A stretch of 64,000 bases of DNA from Octopus vulgaris (GCA_951406725.2 OX597816.1:74214001-74278000), one strand, 5' to 3'. Shown: positions 1 to 14,140, numbered from the stretch's first letter. The notes: a model not told the origin generated them from the letters alone. Made by a program: numbers and translations.

Positions 1-112
1 ATCGATAGAATAAGTACTAGGCTTACAAAGAATATGTCCTGGGGTCGATTCCTTCGGCTAAAGGCGGTGCTCCAGCACGGGCACAGTCAAATGACTGAAG
101 TAAATAAAAGAA
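1..112 (+). mobile_element. SINE 3' tail fragment
   Basis: Same tail (ggcttacaaagaat...ggcggtgctccagca...gtcaaatgactgaa) as the copy at 30443-30800 and, inverted, 50345-50755. Confidence 0.8.
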
Positions 113-134
113 TATGTGTGGGCGTGTGTGTGAA

Positions 135-470
135 GGTGCATGGCACAGTGCTTAGAGCGTCTAATTCAAAATCATGAGATAGTGAGTTCGATTCCTGGAC
201 TAGTCTGTGTGTTGTGTTCTTGAGCAAGACACTTTATTTCACGTTGCTCCAATTCATTCAACTGTGGAAATGAGTTGTGACGTCACTGGTGCCATTCTGT
301 ATCGGCCCTTTTGCCTTTCCCTTGGATAACATCAGTGGTGTGGAGAGGGGAGGCTGGTATGCATGGGCGACTGCCGGTCTTCCACAAACACCCTTCTCCA
401 GATATGTACCTTAGAGAGGAACTTTCTAGGTGCAATCCCATGGTCATTCATGACCGAATGGGGTCTTTAC
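135..470 (+). mobile_element. tRNA-derived SINE
   Basis: A-box-like tggcacagtg and B-box gagttcgattcc; colinear with the copy at 30052-30360. Confidence 0.8.
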
Positions 471-739
471 CCTCTTATACACACACACACACACACACAC
501 ATGCATATATACATGTATGTGTGTATACATCACAGAATCCGAAAAACTGGCCTTATGAGTCGATGATTCAGAAAAGAGCTGTGATCTGTTTTTTTATGTA
601 TTGTGTATATATGTGTGTGTATATGATACTGATGAAAGTATGTATGTGCATGTATGCATGCATACATGTATGGCAGAATCGGTAGAGCGTCGGAAAAACT
701 ATCCTGCCATATTTGCTCTCTGCTCCTTTTCTGAAATGA

Positions 740-900
740 TCAAAAACAGATTTACAAGAATTAGACAGAAAAACTAGGAAGTTACAACGCGTAAAGCATA
801 CCGCCTTAAAAATAATACTGACATATTCTACCGACCAAGAAAGGAAGGAGACGAAGGCTTCTTAAATATAGAAAGCACCAGTGCAAAAAATTGTCTTAAC
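740..900 (+). pseudogene. Degraded non-LTR (R4/Dong-like) RT C-terminal fragment
   Basis: Translates to LQELDRKTRKL and, after frameshift, FYRPRKEGDEGFLNIE, resembling the LY.PRK.GG.GL..IE motif. Confidence 0.5.
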
Positions 901-1829
901 TACCATACTGAGAAGACCATTGTCACTGTGAATTTTATTTCCTTTTTTCCCCTTTATTTTCTTTGTTTACTTTTATATTTTTCCTTTTTTTCCTTTTCCC
1001 TCTGTCTTCCTTCCCGGTTTTCTCTATCACATGACTTTGTAAATGAAGGATCTGGTGTGTTTATTTTAATGGCCTACCAATGTATACAAAGCGTTTCACT
1101 GTCCTAGGTGTCAGGTAGACACTCGGTAAGAAATGGAAATAGAATTGAAAGAAGATGATAACAATGTTTTCAAATTTTGCCACAACGGCAGCCTTTTGGG
1201 GAAGGGGATGAGTCGATTACATCGACCCCAGTGTTCGATTGGTACGTAATTTATCGACCGCGTAAGGATGAAAAGCAAAGTCGACCTCGGCGGAATTTGA
1301 ACTCAAAACGGAGCGACGGGCGAAATACTGTGAAGGAGGCTGTAGAAAATTTATTAACAGTAATAAATAGTTTGTCCTTATCTAATACAAGCCGAAGTTA
1401 ACAAATTCATCATTCAAAATAGTTCCAAAGGAAGAGGTAATAATAACAAGTTCTACTTAGGAATTTTTAAATGAATAGCATGAGACCTTTTGGTTTTCTC
1501 TTCACTTAAATTCCTGCCTTCCTTTAGTATTCCTGTTGTTGTAGATCGATGGATAGATGTATGTATATATGTAAGTATACTGTAATGTGTTAATATGTAT
1601 GTATAATATATAATATATATATATATATTATAAAAATATGTTAGTGTTATTTAATTTCTGAACGGTTTTGCTGCCATTTGTTTATGTAGTTTGATTTATT
1701 TATCTATCAGTTTCTACTAAAATAGAGACGCGAGTAAAATTAATAATAGAGAAACGAAAAGAAAACTTTGGAAACAGCCAAAAGCGAGATAACTGAGAAA
1801 GACTTGAAAGTCAACGTAAGATCGTAATC

Positions 1830-2045
1830 ATGTAAAGTAAAGTAAATATAACAAAAAATCCAGAATCCTTGTCCGGTACTGGATCGATCCCAAAATTTAA
1901 TCAGTTCGTGCCAACTACGGGGCCAAACATTCCTGAAAGTTTCTTCTGAATCCATTCAGCGGTTCTTAAGATATCTTGTCTACGGACAAACAAACAAACA
2001 CGACTGAAAACAATACCTCCGCCTTCGCTAAGGCGGAGGCAATAA
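1830..2045 (+). mobile_element. Short non-autonomous element with 3' GC hairpin (Helentron/HINE-like)
   Basis: Ends in palindrome cctccgcctt-cgct-aaggcggagg after an acaa/acgg-type microsatellite. Confidence 0.4.
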
Positions 2046-2987
2046 TACTTTCCACTATAGGCACAGACCAGAAACTTTGGGCGAAGGGTCTAGTCGATTA
2101 TATCGACCACAGTGTTTCACTGGTACTTATTTCATCAACCCCGAAAGGATTAAAGGCAAAGTCGACCTCTGCGGAATTCGAACTCTGAACGAAAGGACGG
2201 ACGAAATGCCACAAAGCACTTCGCCCGGCGTGCTAACGATTCTGCCAGCTTGCTGCTTTTATATAACAACAACAACAGCAATAATAATAACAATTTCTGA
2301 CACCAAACTAGCAAGCGAAAGGCTCTAGTGAAGTCAACGTGAAGCTGACATCAGTGATATTAAAAAGTGAAACATAAAAGATTCTGTTTGACGCTGTGAC
2401 GTTTCTCACATTCTATCTTTTTCAAAATGATTTCTAACAAAGAACCATCTTGTCTCTTCGATATTTTTCCCATTTTCAAGTCGATAGGGTGGGATTCATG
2501 AGAGGTTTGGCGGTTATATATAAGTATTTTGTTTAGACACCAGTCAGCTTTGATTTAACAGACCCATGGTCAAAGTTATTCCAGCCACGACTATCCAGCC
2601 TTATTCTACTCAGGCGTATTGTTTCCAGGTCATATCATCCAAAGTGTCGTTCGTTTTTGCTTTTCTTTTGATTTTTAAAGTAGCAAGGAAGATTTAGCTT
2701 CTATTTCTGTCATGTCGAACGACTACGGAGAGGATCCCTGATTTGCTGTTAGCTAAGACTGTGCCAACAGCTGGTCCCAAGAGATCGATTGGAGGAAACA
2801 ATTTAGAATGAAGATTGTCAGATAGTCACAAATGCACGAATGGAGATAAGTAAGACAAGGAAGCACTTCTTCGTGAGGATGTTGAAATAAACGAAATAAA
2901 CGACTAAAGCCCTTGTATTAACAAATACAAGCGGTAATAGGCGCAATAAAATATCGATTTGTGACTCAATTACTAAGCTGCTAACAA

Positions 2988-3381
2988 GTATGTGTGTGTA
3001 TGTATATATGTGTGTATGTGTATGTATATGTGTGTATGTATGCGTATGTATGTACGCACGTATATGTGTACGTTTGTATGTATGTATGTATGTGTATGTA
3101 TGTAGATGCACGTATATATATAGGTGTGTGTATGTATATATGTGTATGTATGTACGTACCTATGTGTGTGTACGCATGTATGTATATATGTATGTATATG
3201 CACGTATGTGTATATGTATATATGTGTGTGTATGTATATATCTGTGTGTGCATGTACGAATGTGCGTGTATGTACGTACAAATGTGTGTACGCATGTATA
3301 TATGTGTGTATGTATATATATGCACTTACGTGTGTGTACGTATGTATGTATATATGAATGTACGCATGTATGTAGATGGAC

Positions 3382-3449
<68 letters not shown>

Positions 3450-3772
3450 GTCTGTGTATGTATATAAGTGTGTATGTATGTAGGTATGTATGTATGTACG
3501 TACGTATATGTGTATGTATGTATATATGTATGTACGCATGTATGTGTGTATGTATGTAGATGCACGTATATATATGTGTGTGTGTGTACGCATGTATGTA
3601 TATGCACGTATATATGTGCATGTATGTGTGTATGCATATCTGTGTGTATGTGTGCACGTACGTATGTGTGTGTACGTATGTGTATGTACGCATGTATGTA
3701 TATATGTATGTACGCATTTATATGCATGTATGTATGCGTGTGTATATATGTGTGTATATGTATGTGTGTGTA

Positions 3773-3804
<32 letters not shown>

Positions 3805-3806
3805 TG
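2988..3806. repeat. Degenerate (TG/TA)n microsatellite field
   Basis: About 800 bp of alternating purine-pyrimidine repeat. Confidence 0.95.
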
Positions 3807-3909
3807 ACACAAAATCCTCTGGTCTCAGTAAGTCTACAAACACCACGACTACCGTCTCTTCCTTGTCACAAGCCATTAAATAGAAAAGCTGTGGCATTCA
3901 TTATCGCCT

Positions 3910-3979
<70 letters not shown>

Positions 3980-4014
3980 TGGTGGTGTTGGTGGTGGTAG
4001 TAGTGGTGGTGGTG

Positions 4015-4070
<56 letters not shown>

Positions 4071-4150
4071 TATAGTAGTAACAGCAGCAGAAGCAGCAGT
4101 TGTAGTACCAACAGCAGCGGTAACGGTAGCAGTAGTAGTAGTTGTTGCTG
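3910..4150. repeat. (TAG)n/(TGG)n trinucleotide repeat
   Basis: Directly visible. Confidence 0.95.
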
Positions 4151-4263
4151 TTGGTTGCATCCCGGTCCACTTCCGATCAATAAGATCGATTCGACGGACG
4201 AGAGCGTCCCAGCCGTTATCCTGGCTTTGCCGGGGTTTTTTTCAGACTCGTTCTTCCTTTTCT

Positions 4264-4334
<71 letters not shown>

Positions 4335-4364
4335 GATGTTCCAGCCAAAAATTCTTTTCTACTG

Positions 4365-5095
4365 GAGGTACAAGGCCTCAAATTTGTGAGGAGGGGAGCA
4401 GTCGATGTAATCGACCCCAGTGTTTCACTGGTACTTAATTTATCAACACTGAAAGGATGAAAGGCAAAGTCGACATCGGCGGAATTTGAACTCAAAATAT
4501 AAAGACGGACGAAATACCTATTTCTTTAGGGGCTAAACACAGAGAGGACAGACAAAGGGATTAAGTCGATTATATCAACCCCAGTGCGTAACTGGTACTT
4601 ATTTAATCGACCCCGAAAGGATGAAAGGCAAAGTCGACCTCGGCGAAATTTGAACTCAGAACCTAGCAGCAGACAAAATACTTATTTCTTTACTTCCCAC
4701 AAGGGGCTAAACACAGAGGGGACAAACAAGGACAGACAAACGGATTAAGTCGATTATATCGACTCCAGTGCGAAACTGGTACTTAATTTATCGACCCCGA
4801 AAGGATGAAAGGCAAAGTCGACCTCGGCGGAATTTGAACTCAGAACGTAGCAGCAGACGAAATACCTATTTCTTTACTTCCCACAAGGGGCTAAACACAG
4901 AGGGGACAAACAAAGACAGACAAACGGATTAAGTTGATTATATCGACCCCAGTGCGAAACTGGTACTTAATTTATCGACCTCGAAAGGATGAAAGGCAAA
5001 GTCGACCTCGGCGGTATTTGAACTCAGAACGTAGCGTCAGACGAAATACGGCTACGCATTTCGCCCGACATGCTAACGATTCTGCCAGTTCACCG
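4365..5095 (-). mobile_element. Tandem array of four SINE segments (~180-bp period)
   Basis: gaaaggatgaaaggcaaagtcgac.tcggcg..atttgaactca repeated four times; single copies at 1180-1330, 2050-2250, 39240-39460 and 61130-61910. Confidence 0.85.
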
Positions 5096-5841
5096 CATTG
5101 TTCCGGGCAGCATATTAGATTGCATCTGTTTGCAAGGCATCAGCACTGAAGTTCAGGAGTTTTAGTGAGTTTGGAGTTAAATTCTTGAGTCCCCACTCCT
5201 CCCATATCCGCTGTGTAATTCAACACTTGCAGGGAAGCCATGAACAGCGATGGAATTCCAGAGGAATGATTTCCTAATAAAAAAAATAAAAGGACTTGGT
5301 ACAGGGATCACTGCAGACCCTCGATAGAAGGGGACACAGCAAGAACGATGCGAGAAAGATAGACGAACGGATCAAGTATGCCTGAAGTGAGGTGGCACGA
5401 ACCCAGCCGGCTCCGAAGAGCAAAGGCCACTATAGTAGCGGTGGAAAAAATAGAATGAGGAGGCAGTGCGCGTTCCTATGAGCGAGAAGCTTGAGCAAAT
5501 CTTTTAGTGACTTCATGGAATTCATTCGGATCGATATTATGAGATGCACTGTATTGTATAACTAGACGACTTCGTGCACCATGTATCCTTTTGGGTTTTT
5601 TTGCATTTACTAGATTGGTTAGAAAAGACATCAAACGAACACTTACGAAGCCATGTATATTATTTAGTAACTCTCACTGAAGGTTTATATAACATTGTCA
5701 TTTATATAGAGAGATTCCATTTTATACACCACCAAATTGTTTGAATTCTAATTTTTTCGCTTAGTGGTTACTAAAATATAATCACTGCTGCACTAACACT
5801 CCCATACCATTCTGCTTCTGGGAAGACCAACAGTTCAAAAC

Positions 5842-5901
<60 letters not shown>

Positions 5902-6061
5902 ACAGATGCATATATATGTATATATATATATACACACATACGACCATCCATGTTTGTTTTCATTCGGTTTCCTTGTATGTCTCCACTTTGACCTACCAAC
6001 TTTGACCCTCCGCAAATCCCAAATTATATTTTGGTTCGCGGGAGCAACTGCCTTTCGAAGT

Positions 6062-6114
6062 TTCATATTGTCGTTCAATGCTCGAAATGAGGAGTAGATG
6101 GACAGCCGACAACT
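6062..6114 (+). ncRNA. Permuted hammerhead-like motif, 3'-truncated by a TA tract
   Basis: UUCA-UA-UUGUCG ... CUC-GAAA-UGAG ... CGACAA-CU, then (TA)n. Confidence 0.55.
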
Positions 6115-6289
6115 TATATATATATATATATATATGTACATATATGTATGCATATATGCATATGTGTATGTGTGTGTGTGTGTGTGAGTAGATAAACTTA
6201 CTTGGAAAAGGATGCGTGGCGTTCGATCAAATAATAATATACAAATATATGCATATATACATACATATATGTACATACTATTTATGTAT

Positions 6290-6355
<66 letters not shown>

Positions 6356-6789
6356 TAAAAGTTTTAGGGGCATTTCCTTCACTTTGGTGAAGTGGAACAT
6401 TTGTCTTAGACGTCTACATGGCTAAGCCCTTTGTGGATGCAAAACCATTGGTCACTCTAGACTTAACTACATATAACTACATTACTGCCCTTTGTTTTAG
6501 AGTCTGATATGCTTTTTCGGACATATGATACACTGACGATATATATATATATATATATATAAACAAAGTGAAGTTGTAAGGTACCGCACGAGTGGAAATA
6601 TATATGAAAGAAGGTTTGAAACTGTACTTTTAAAGATGTTTATTCACTTTTTTAGAAAAAGATATAGATATGTGTGTGTGTATATATATACACTCACACG
6701 TATATATACATACATACATATGCATATATATATACTGTTGTGGAACATCTCCGTCTATCCCCTCTGTACTATTTACACACACACACACA

Positions 6790-6881
<92 letters not shown>

Positions 6882-6959
6882 CAAACAGAGATACACACTC
6901 ACACAAGCATATATACATAATTTAGAATTATCGAACAAGAAAACTCCTTTTTCTCGCAT

Positions 6960-7660
6960 GTAAGATTACAGATTCTAAAGCGGTTCAAAGTCGACGTGTT
7001 ACTGCGGTGTAATGTTATCAAAACTGTCTGCGATATACGAGGTGGGGGTGTTCTAGTTGGAGCCTCTTGACTGAACCTATAGATCACTGTCTTCGAAAAT
7101 TGGTAAGACTTCATTTTGGCAGCTGCAGGTGGGAATGTGGGATGAGAATTGTGTGGATGCCTTTTTGTCTATTGTTGCTTGTGATGTTAAAAGTGATGAT
7201 ATCTAAACATGAAAAGTTTTGCAAACGGTTATGGGAATTGAAACGTTCGTGGTATTTATAGGCAATGTTACCCGACTAATGTCAGGAAGCTCCTGTATAC
7301 ATTGATAGCTACGTTTTCCGTGAATGGAGCATTATACCAGATGACGCTTGTTTTCTCTTTTACGGTTTAGAGGTGAACGTGGAAGGCCTCCATATATACT
7401 AACATACTAGTCCCAGCCTTGTCATAACGGAGTGCCACGCTGTCAAAGAGCTCTCTATTCGATGACAAGTTGGAAAATCTTACGCTGATACTTATAGTCA
7501 GATTTCTGATTACTGCTAGAGAGTGATTGAAATGTTTACCGCGTTCTCATTGGGTTTTCTGTAGGAGCAGTATTTGCCCGTCGAACTTTTCGTTGTGGTG
7601 GTTGGTGTATCACACGCGTCTGCGACGATGAAATACCACCTTTTCCGTAGTTTTAGTTGA
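6960..7660 (-). pseudogene. Penelope-like element ORF fragment (RT thumb/linker to GIY-YIG region), degraded
   Basis: Minus-strand translation RKEKTSVIWYNAPFTENVAINVYRSFLTL...FNSHN...FSC resembles the PLE IIWFNPPFS.NV.TN motif; contains stops and frameshifts. Confidence 0.7.
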
Positions 7661-7664
7661 GCAT

Positions 7665-8045
7665 GTCCCTTAGAGGCTGACGATATGTGCATCTCTGATC
7701 ATGAGCAGAAGTAGTGGGGGAGCTTCATAGCCATGTGTTGAGAGGGATTCTTTGGGGTTTGAATAATTCACCTCTGGAAACATTGGTGTTTCGTTCAACA
7801 TCCTTAAACAACCCTTATTCAGGGACCTTTTGAGCGGGATGGGTTACTCGACCAGAAGAAAATTCTAACTGGGCCCCACCTGCAAGGTCATGTGCTGTTT
7901 ATCTTGATATGAGATCAACATGCCGCGCACATATGGTTGTGATGCATATGCCTAGTGTACCCTTATCAGACGGGTAGTCGTGATGGGTATACTGGGCTTC
8001 GTATATTTTACCCCAGTGATACTTTGATGCACTGCTCTCTCACTC
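7665..8045. mobile_element. Interspersed SINE-like repeat ending at a (GAT)n tract
   Basis: GC-richer block abutting the PLE fragment and followed by a (gat)n tail. Confidence 0.45.
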
Positions 8046-8046
8046 A

Positions 8047-8084
<38 letters not shown>

Positions 8085-8822
8085 AATAATAATGATAATA
8101 AATTATATATATAAATAGATGCTATATAGAGTGTAACGGTCAATGACTACAAAAATGCTGTCGCACTTTCCAATATAATAGAAATTGTTGACACAACAGA
8201 ACGTCGGCGTAGACGATTCGGTGTTTTTCTGAGTCGTAATTTTGTTTTTTCTGAAACAAATGAAGCCTGTGCGAGGTTGCTTGAACTGCGAAAAACAGCA
8301 GCCAAAATCTCTCGCAGATAGCACCGCAATCGCCTCGAATGAGGAAAGCATACGTCAAATAATGTGGCCCTTAATACACTGATTCTGAGTCCGAGCCAAC
8401 AAGGAATCTCCACGGGCTCATTCGACTTGCTGGACATAGCAACCGTATCGTCTTCACTTAGGAAAAGATAAATGGGTTAATGAAGTCCTACGGTCGTTCG
8501 TGTTTGTAAAAGGTGGTCACGATTGGAACGTGGTTTGATCAAGGGTCTGCATGGTCAGTGCTGACCTGGATCTAAATAACAGCAGCAAAATTTCTCTAGA
8601 GTTCACCTCGTATCGATAACATAAGTAATACTAACAGCAATTTCATTAATTAATAGAAGAGTTCTAGAGAAATTCATCAAATCCAATTATTGACGTTTCG
8701 GAGTGTTACTCTTCTTCTGAAGATGAAAAAGAGAGGGAAAGAAACAAAGAGGGGCTGCCCGACTTTTTCTAATCACAAGAGTTTCCAACCTTATATTTAC
8801 ATGCTATTATCTATAGCTTTAT

Positions 8823-8851
<29 letters not shown>

Positions 8852-8856
<5 letters not shown>

Positions 8857-9072
8857 AGGAGTGGTGCTGAAAAGTTCCTGGTTTTGAGTAAAAGAAAATG
8901 CAGGACGATCAGTTAATTGGGATTTTATTCAACATACGTCCCTCTGAGATTCACACTCTTGCAGCGGTCCTTCACATTGCTAAGCCCTGTAAAAAAAAAC
9001 ATGAAACATTGGGCCTCCAGCTAGGCCTTTCGCGACAGTCTTAAAGCCAGAAACTTTTCAGCGCCCTTCCGT
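8852..9072. mobile_element. Mariner-type MITE
   Basis: Imperfect TIRs acgaagg..gtgctgaaaagttcctggttt / aaagccagaaacttttcagcgcccttccgt. Confidence 0.7.
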
Positions 9073-9095
9073 TAACATATATACATATACACAGT

Positions 9096-9176
<81 letters not shown>

Positions 9177-9194
9177 GATTCATTCCCTAATATT

Positions 9195-9468
<274 letters not shown>

Positions 9469-10069
9469 GGAATTTATTTCCGAGTCCACAGGGGAGAGAA
9501 ATTCAATTTAGTGGTGTTAAAACGAATTTCTTACTGTATTATATAAACATATACATATATAGATATGTTTAAGAGACAGAACCACCGACAAGCAACTCAA
9601 CCAGTATTGAACGACATTATCTATGATAGAGATATATGAGATTAAATATCATCAACTTAATATCTGCAATTACTATTCTGAATCATATATATTAGATAGA
9701 CTACGCGCGTTTCAATATAACAATATAACAATCGATATTATTAAAATAGAAGGTCTCGTAATTCAATACTTTATCGATCTGACTACACTGCCAACCTTCC
9801 GGTCTGGATTATATAAAACTATTTTACTAATTACAACCTATATAGGAACATGATAATTAAAATTAAAGTTAAACGTTTAGAAATCATCGAAAGAATTTAT
9901 CTTTACTGAAAAATTAAAAATAGAAAATAGGGAATAGAAACTTTAACTTATCTTTTTGGTAAGTCCCATTACTCGCCGCGAATTAATCACGGCTACTGAA
10001 TGAACCACGTACGTTGTTCATTCAGTAGCCATGATGTATATTTGGCAGAATTAGCTTTAATTTGTCTAT

Positions 10070-10900
10070 CAAGGTACTCCTAGAAATGCTCGATGGGGTT
10101 CAAGTCGGGGCTTTGAGGTACTCACCTGAGGGATTTGGTGCATGCGTTTCTTTCTAGAAATTTGAAACTTTGCTGATGAGCCATATTCTTGAAAAAGAAA
10201 AGTGTTCTTATCCATTTTACTCATGTTGTAAATCAGAAGTCGTCCCTTTTCTAATATATTTCGGACCATCCAACAGGTTTTCCACGAAAATTAGCCCGGA
10301 TTTCCCTCCAGCCAAGACCCCCCCCCCCCCCAACAAACACACATACACCGAACCATGACTCCAATCCCGCCATTTTTCACGGTAGTTTGCAAACATTCAA
10401 CCTTCCAAGTTTCACTTTTGTCCTTCCATACATAGACTTGCCTTGAACTCAAATACTGGCAAAACATACTTTCATCCGACCATACCACAGACTGCCAGAA
10501 TTCATCTTCTTTATCCTTGTGCTCCCTACTTTTTCCCCTTGTTGATGTCTGAAATCAACGGTTTCTTTCTTGCAATTCTTCTTTCCAATCCTAGTTCTTT
10601 TCTTACAGAGTATGGCGACATTTCCATGTTGTTTGCGACTTCTCTGATTCTAATTTGGAAGTGTCTGATGATTTCTCTCTTCAGTACCCGCTTTTCTCTA
10701 TCCGAAACGATATTCGGCCTTCCAGAACGAGGTTTCACACGACAATGTTCTTCTTCTTGAAACCTTTTGTCAATATTATTAACAGTCTAGTGATTTACCT
10801 CAAAATACTTTGCTATTTCTCTGTTCGATGTTCCGCACTGATGCCATCCTATGTTTTGCCCTCGTTGAACTCGCTAATTGCTGCACTTTATTTCATTTTC
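10070..10900 (-). pseudogene. Tc1-family transposase relic
   Basis: KPRSGRP...ARKKPLIS; VWSDES...LQTTVKNGGIGVMV; frameshifted. Confidence 0.85.
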
Positions 10901-10937
10901 GTTGTGAAATAACATTTGAAGAAGTTATGTATCTGCT

Positions 10938-10984
<47 letters not shown>

Positions 10985-11815
10985 CAAATTTGTTGTTGAA
11001 AATGCACCTGAATTTGAAAAACTTGTAATCGTTTGAAATGAATTTATTTACATATATACCAAACTAGTTTCAACAAATTTTTTTGTTTATCAATGGTAAA
11101 AATTGAAGATATTAGAAAATCATCTTCGACACCTGACACATGGTACACAGAGCACCTTTTCATCCAACGTCGATTTGATGAAGAGAGTAAGCTAGTGTGC
11201 GGCACGAACATTTGATCACTATAAACGAATCGTTTGTGGAGGTCGTTCGGCAAAAGGCTGAACGTTCATACGCCGTCTTCGACGGGAGAGTCCATCATAA
11301 TATGTGTGTGTGTTTATATGTATAGTGTGTGTGCGTTTATATGTAAAATGTGCGTGCCTCTGTGTATGTGTGTGTCATTCTGTCCGTCTGTTTGTCTGTC
11401 AGTCTGTGTGTGTAATAGATAAGATTCCTTGAAAGAATATCGATGAATGTGATCACTAGCGCCAGTGAGAAATTATATTGCAAGTTATGGTCGTGTGAAA
11501 TTTAAATGGAGAACAGCTTTCACCACAGCACATCGATTGCCCTTATCAGAGAGGAGTCGAGAGACGAACCGAAGCAAGACATGTGTCAAGAAAAAAAAAA
11601 CTTCTCTTAGCGATATACCAGGGCGAAGATTATGCATTGTTTCATTATCATTGGGTTTAGAGTACTGCAGACATCGAGCGAGGATTTCTAAATTTGCGTT
11701 TGCCATATGTACACATAGATGTGCGTCTTTTGTGGGGTGTGGTGGGGAGCAAAGTGAGAGAAATGGATCTACCTATCTTTCTTTCTTTCTTTCCTTCTTT
11801 TTCTTTTTCTTTCTT

Positions 11816-11907
<92 letters not shown>

Positions 11908-11912
<5 letters not shown>

Positions 11913-13094
11913 GAAAGAAGGTTTGAAAATGCAATTCAAAAGATGTTTATTTACTTTACCGGTTTCACTCTTTGGGAAAAAGATTGTCAAAAGTAACATG
12001 TAGAAGTTTGGTTGCGTTAATTATTGGTTGTTACAAATTGCTACGTTACATATATACAGTCTTTGGTAGCAGGGACATGTTAAGGACATAAAAAAGTTCA
12101 ACAAGTTCCTTAAAATATTGGGCACAAAAGATTACTACATAAATAATCGTTCTCAAGGACATGCTTAAGATAGTTTCCAGAAGGAATTGATATTGGTATT
12201 GGTATTGTATCTGTATATTCAAACATGCACAGAATATTGGTTGACACAGAGTACTACAATCCATATAAATATACATGCTTTGGTGACAGGAGCATGTTGA
12301 GAATATAAAAAAGTTTAACAAGCTCATTGAAATAATGGGCACAAAAAATTACAGCAAATATATTATACATTCTGAAGATAATTTCCAGAAGGAATTATTA
12401 AAAAAGTTCAGTATACACGTACAGAATATTATGAGTTCAAAAAGATTTACATTATAATAGTAGTGAAGCTAAAACTGACCTGTCCGATATAGACTGTCAA
12501 AGCAGCCTATGTAAAAATCCTCTCCGTCCGAGAGCTTCACTACTATTATAATGTAAATCTTTTTGAACTCATAATATTCTGTACGTGTATACTGAACTTT
12601 TTTAATAATTCCTTCTGGAAATTATCTTCAGAATGTATAATATATTTGCTGTAATTTTTTGTGCCCATTATTTCAATGAGCTTGTTAAACTTTTTTATAT
12701 TCTCAACATACTCTTGTCACCAAAGCATGTATATTTATATGGATTGTAATACTCTGTGTCAACCAATATTCTGTGCATGTTTGAATATACAGATACAATA
12801 CCAATACCAATATCAATTCCTTCTGGAAACTATTTTAAGCATGTCCTTGAGAACGATTATTTATGTAGTAATTTTTTGTGCCCAATATTTTAAGGAACTT
12901 GTTGAACTTTTTTATGTCCTTAACATGTCCCTGTTACCAAAGACTGTATGTATGTAATATAGCAATTTGTAACAACCAATAATTAACGCAACCAAACTTC
13001 TACATGTTACTTTTGACAATCTTTTTCCAAAGAGTGAAACCGGTAAAGTAAATAAACATCTTTTGAATTGCATTTTCAAACCTTCTTTCGTATA
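11908..13094. repeat. Large inverted repeat (~560-bp arms, 62-bp spacer) inside (TA)n
   Basis: 11911-12470 is the reverse complement of 12533-13091 with scattered substitutions; mirror ORFs 12046-12342(-) and 12661-12957(+); a related end sequence occurs at 6561-6652. Confidence 0.95.
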
Positions 13095-13131
13095 TAATTC
13101 CACTCGTGCGGTACCCCACAACTCTACTTTG

Positions 13132-13181
<50 letters not shown>

Positions 13182-13265
13182 CCACACGTTTCTGTATTTA
13201 TATACATATATTTACATTTATATATTACATATACTTTGCTCGTTAAAGATATATATGTATGTATA

Positions 13266-13330
<65 letters not shown>

Positions 13331-13331
13331 G

Positions 13332-13483
<152 letters not shown>

Positions 13484-13504
13484 TAGCTACATACCTACAT
13501 ATAT

Positions 13505-14140
13505 ATGCATATACACATGCATATAAGGGTATAAGACGTCAAAACAAAAACATGGAAAACGAATTTTTTCGAACAACGAAAGAAACAAATAGAGAAACAA
13601 GACAGGCAACATAAAGAACATTCTCTTCATCAGTTGTCCCCTGTTTTATCTACTCCGCGTTTTGAACTTAGGGACAAGACGCGACTCCGTTAAAAGAGTC
13701 GTTCCTGCAAAGCAAATTTTAAAAATTGGAGATTTGCGGAGGGTTAAAGTGGTGAAAAAAAACCCAGAACAGTTAGAACAAAACAGTAAAAACAAACTGT
13801 AAGGGCTGCTAAGCCATAACGAGGTGAAGTGGTGAACACTGGAGAAACGAGCTTTGAGATGAGACAGGCAAAGCACGTCTTCGCTTTAGGAAGGAAGTGG
13901 AAGAAAGATAGATAGCCGTTGGTCACATGTGAGCAACAAGAGTCAAGGAAGAAGATGGAGGGAGAGAGGGGAACGGTGAAGGGGAGAGGAGAGAATTAGA
14001 GAAAGGGCGGGAGAGAAAAACAGAAAAGAAGAACAAGAGAGGTAGATAGAATAGAGGTAGGTTGTAGAGTGCGCATCGGAATTATTACGATAAAACTAAC
14101 TTGGAAATCGATGCGTGGCGTTCGATCTTATAATAATATA
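13505..14140 (-). mobile_element. ~640-bp non-coding element carrying a permuted hammerhead
   Basis: Same 5' motif (gaacgccacgcatc...ttccaagt.agtttat) and 3' motif (gacgtc.tgtaccc) as 49695-50335; flanked by TA tracts. Confidence 0.7.
13623..13683 (-). ncRNA. Permuted hammerhead-like motif (G12-to-A change in this copy)
   Basis: CGCG-UC-UUGUCCCU-AAG-UUC-AAAA-CGCG-GAGUAGAUAAAACA-GGGGACAA-CUGAUGA-A-GAG. Confidence 0.65.

Noticed and set aside
2818-4495. Long ORFs rich in HT/YI/VC/poly-S (also 22032-25050, 28309-28733 and others)
   Set aside because: They are translations of microsatellites, open in several frames and strands, with no domain content.
12046-12957. Two near-identical 98-aa ORFs on opposite strands
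   Set aside because: A by-product of the inverted repeat; GTG start and no recognisable protein features.
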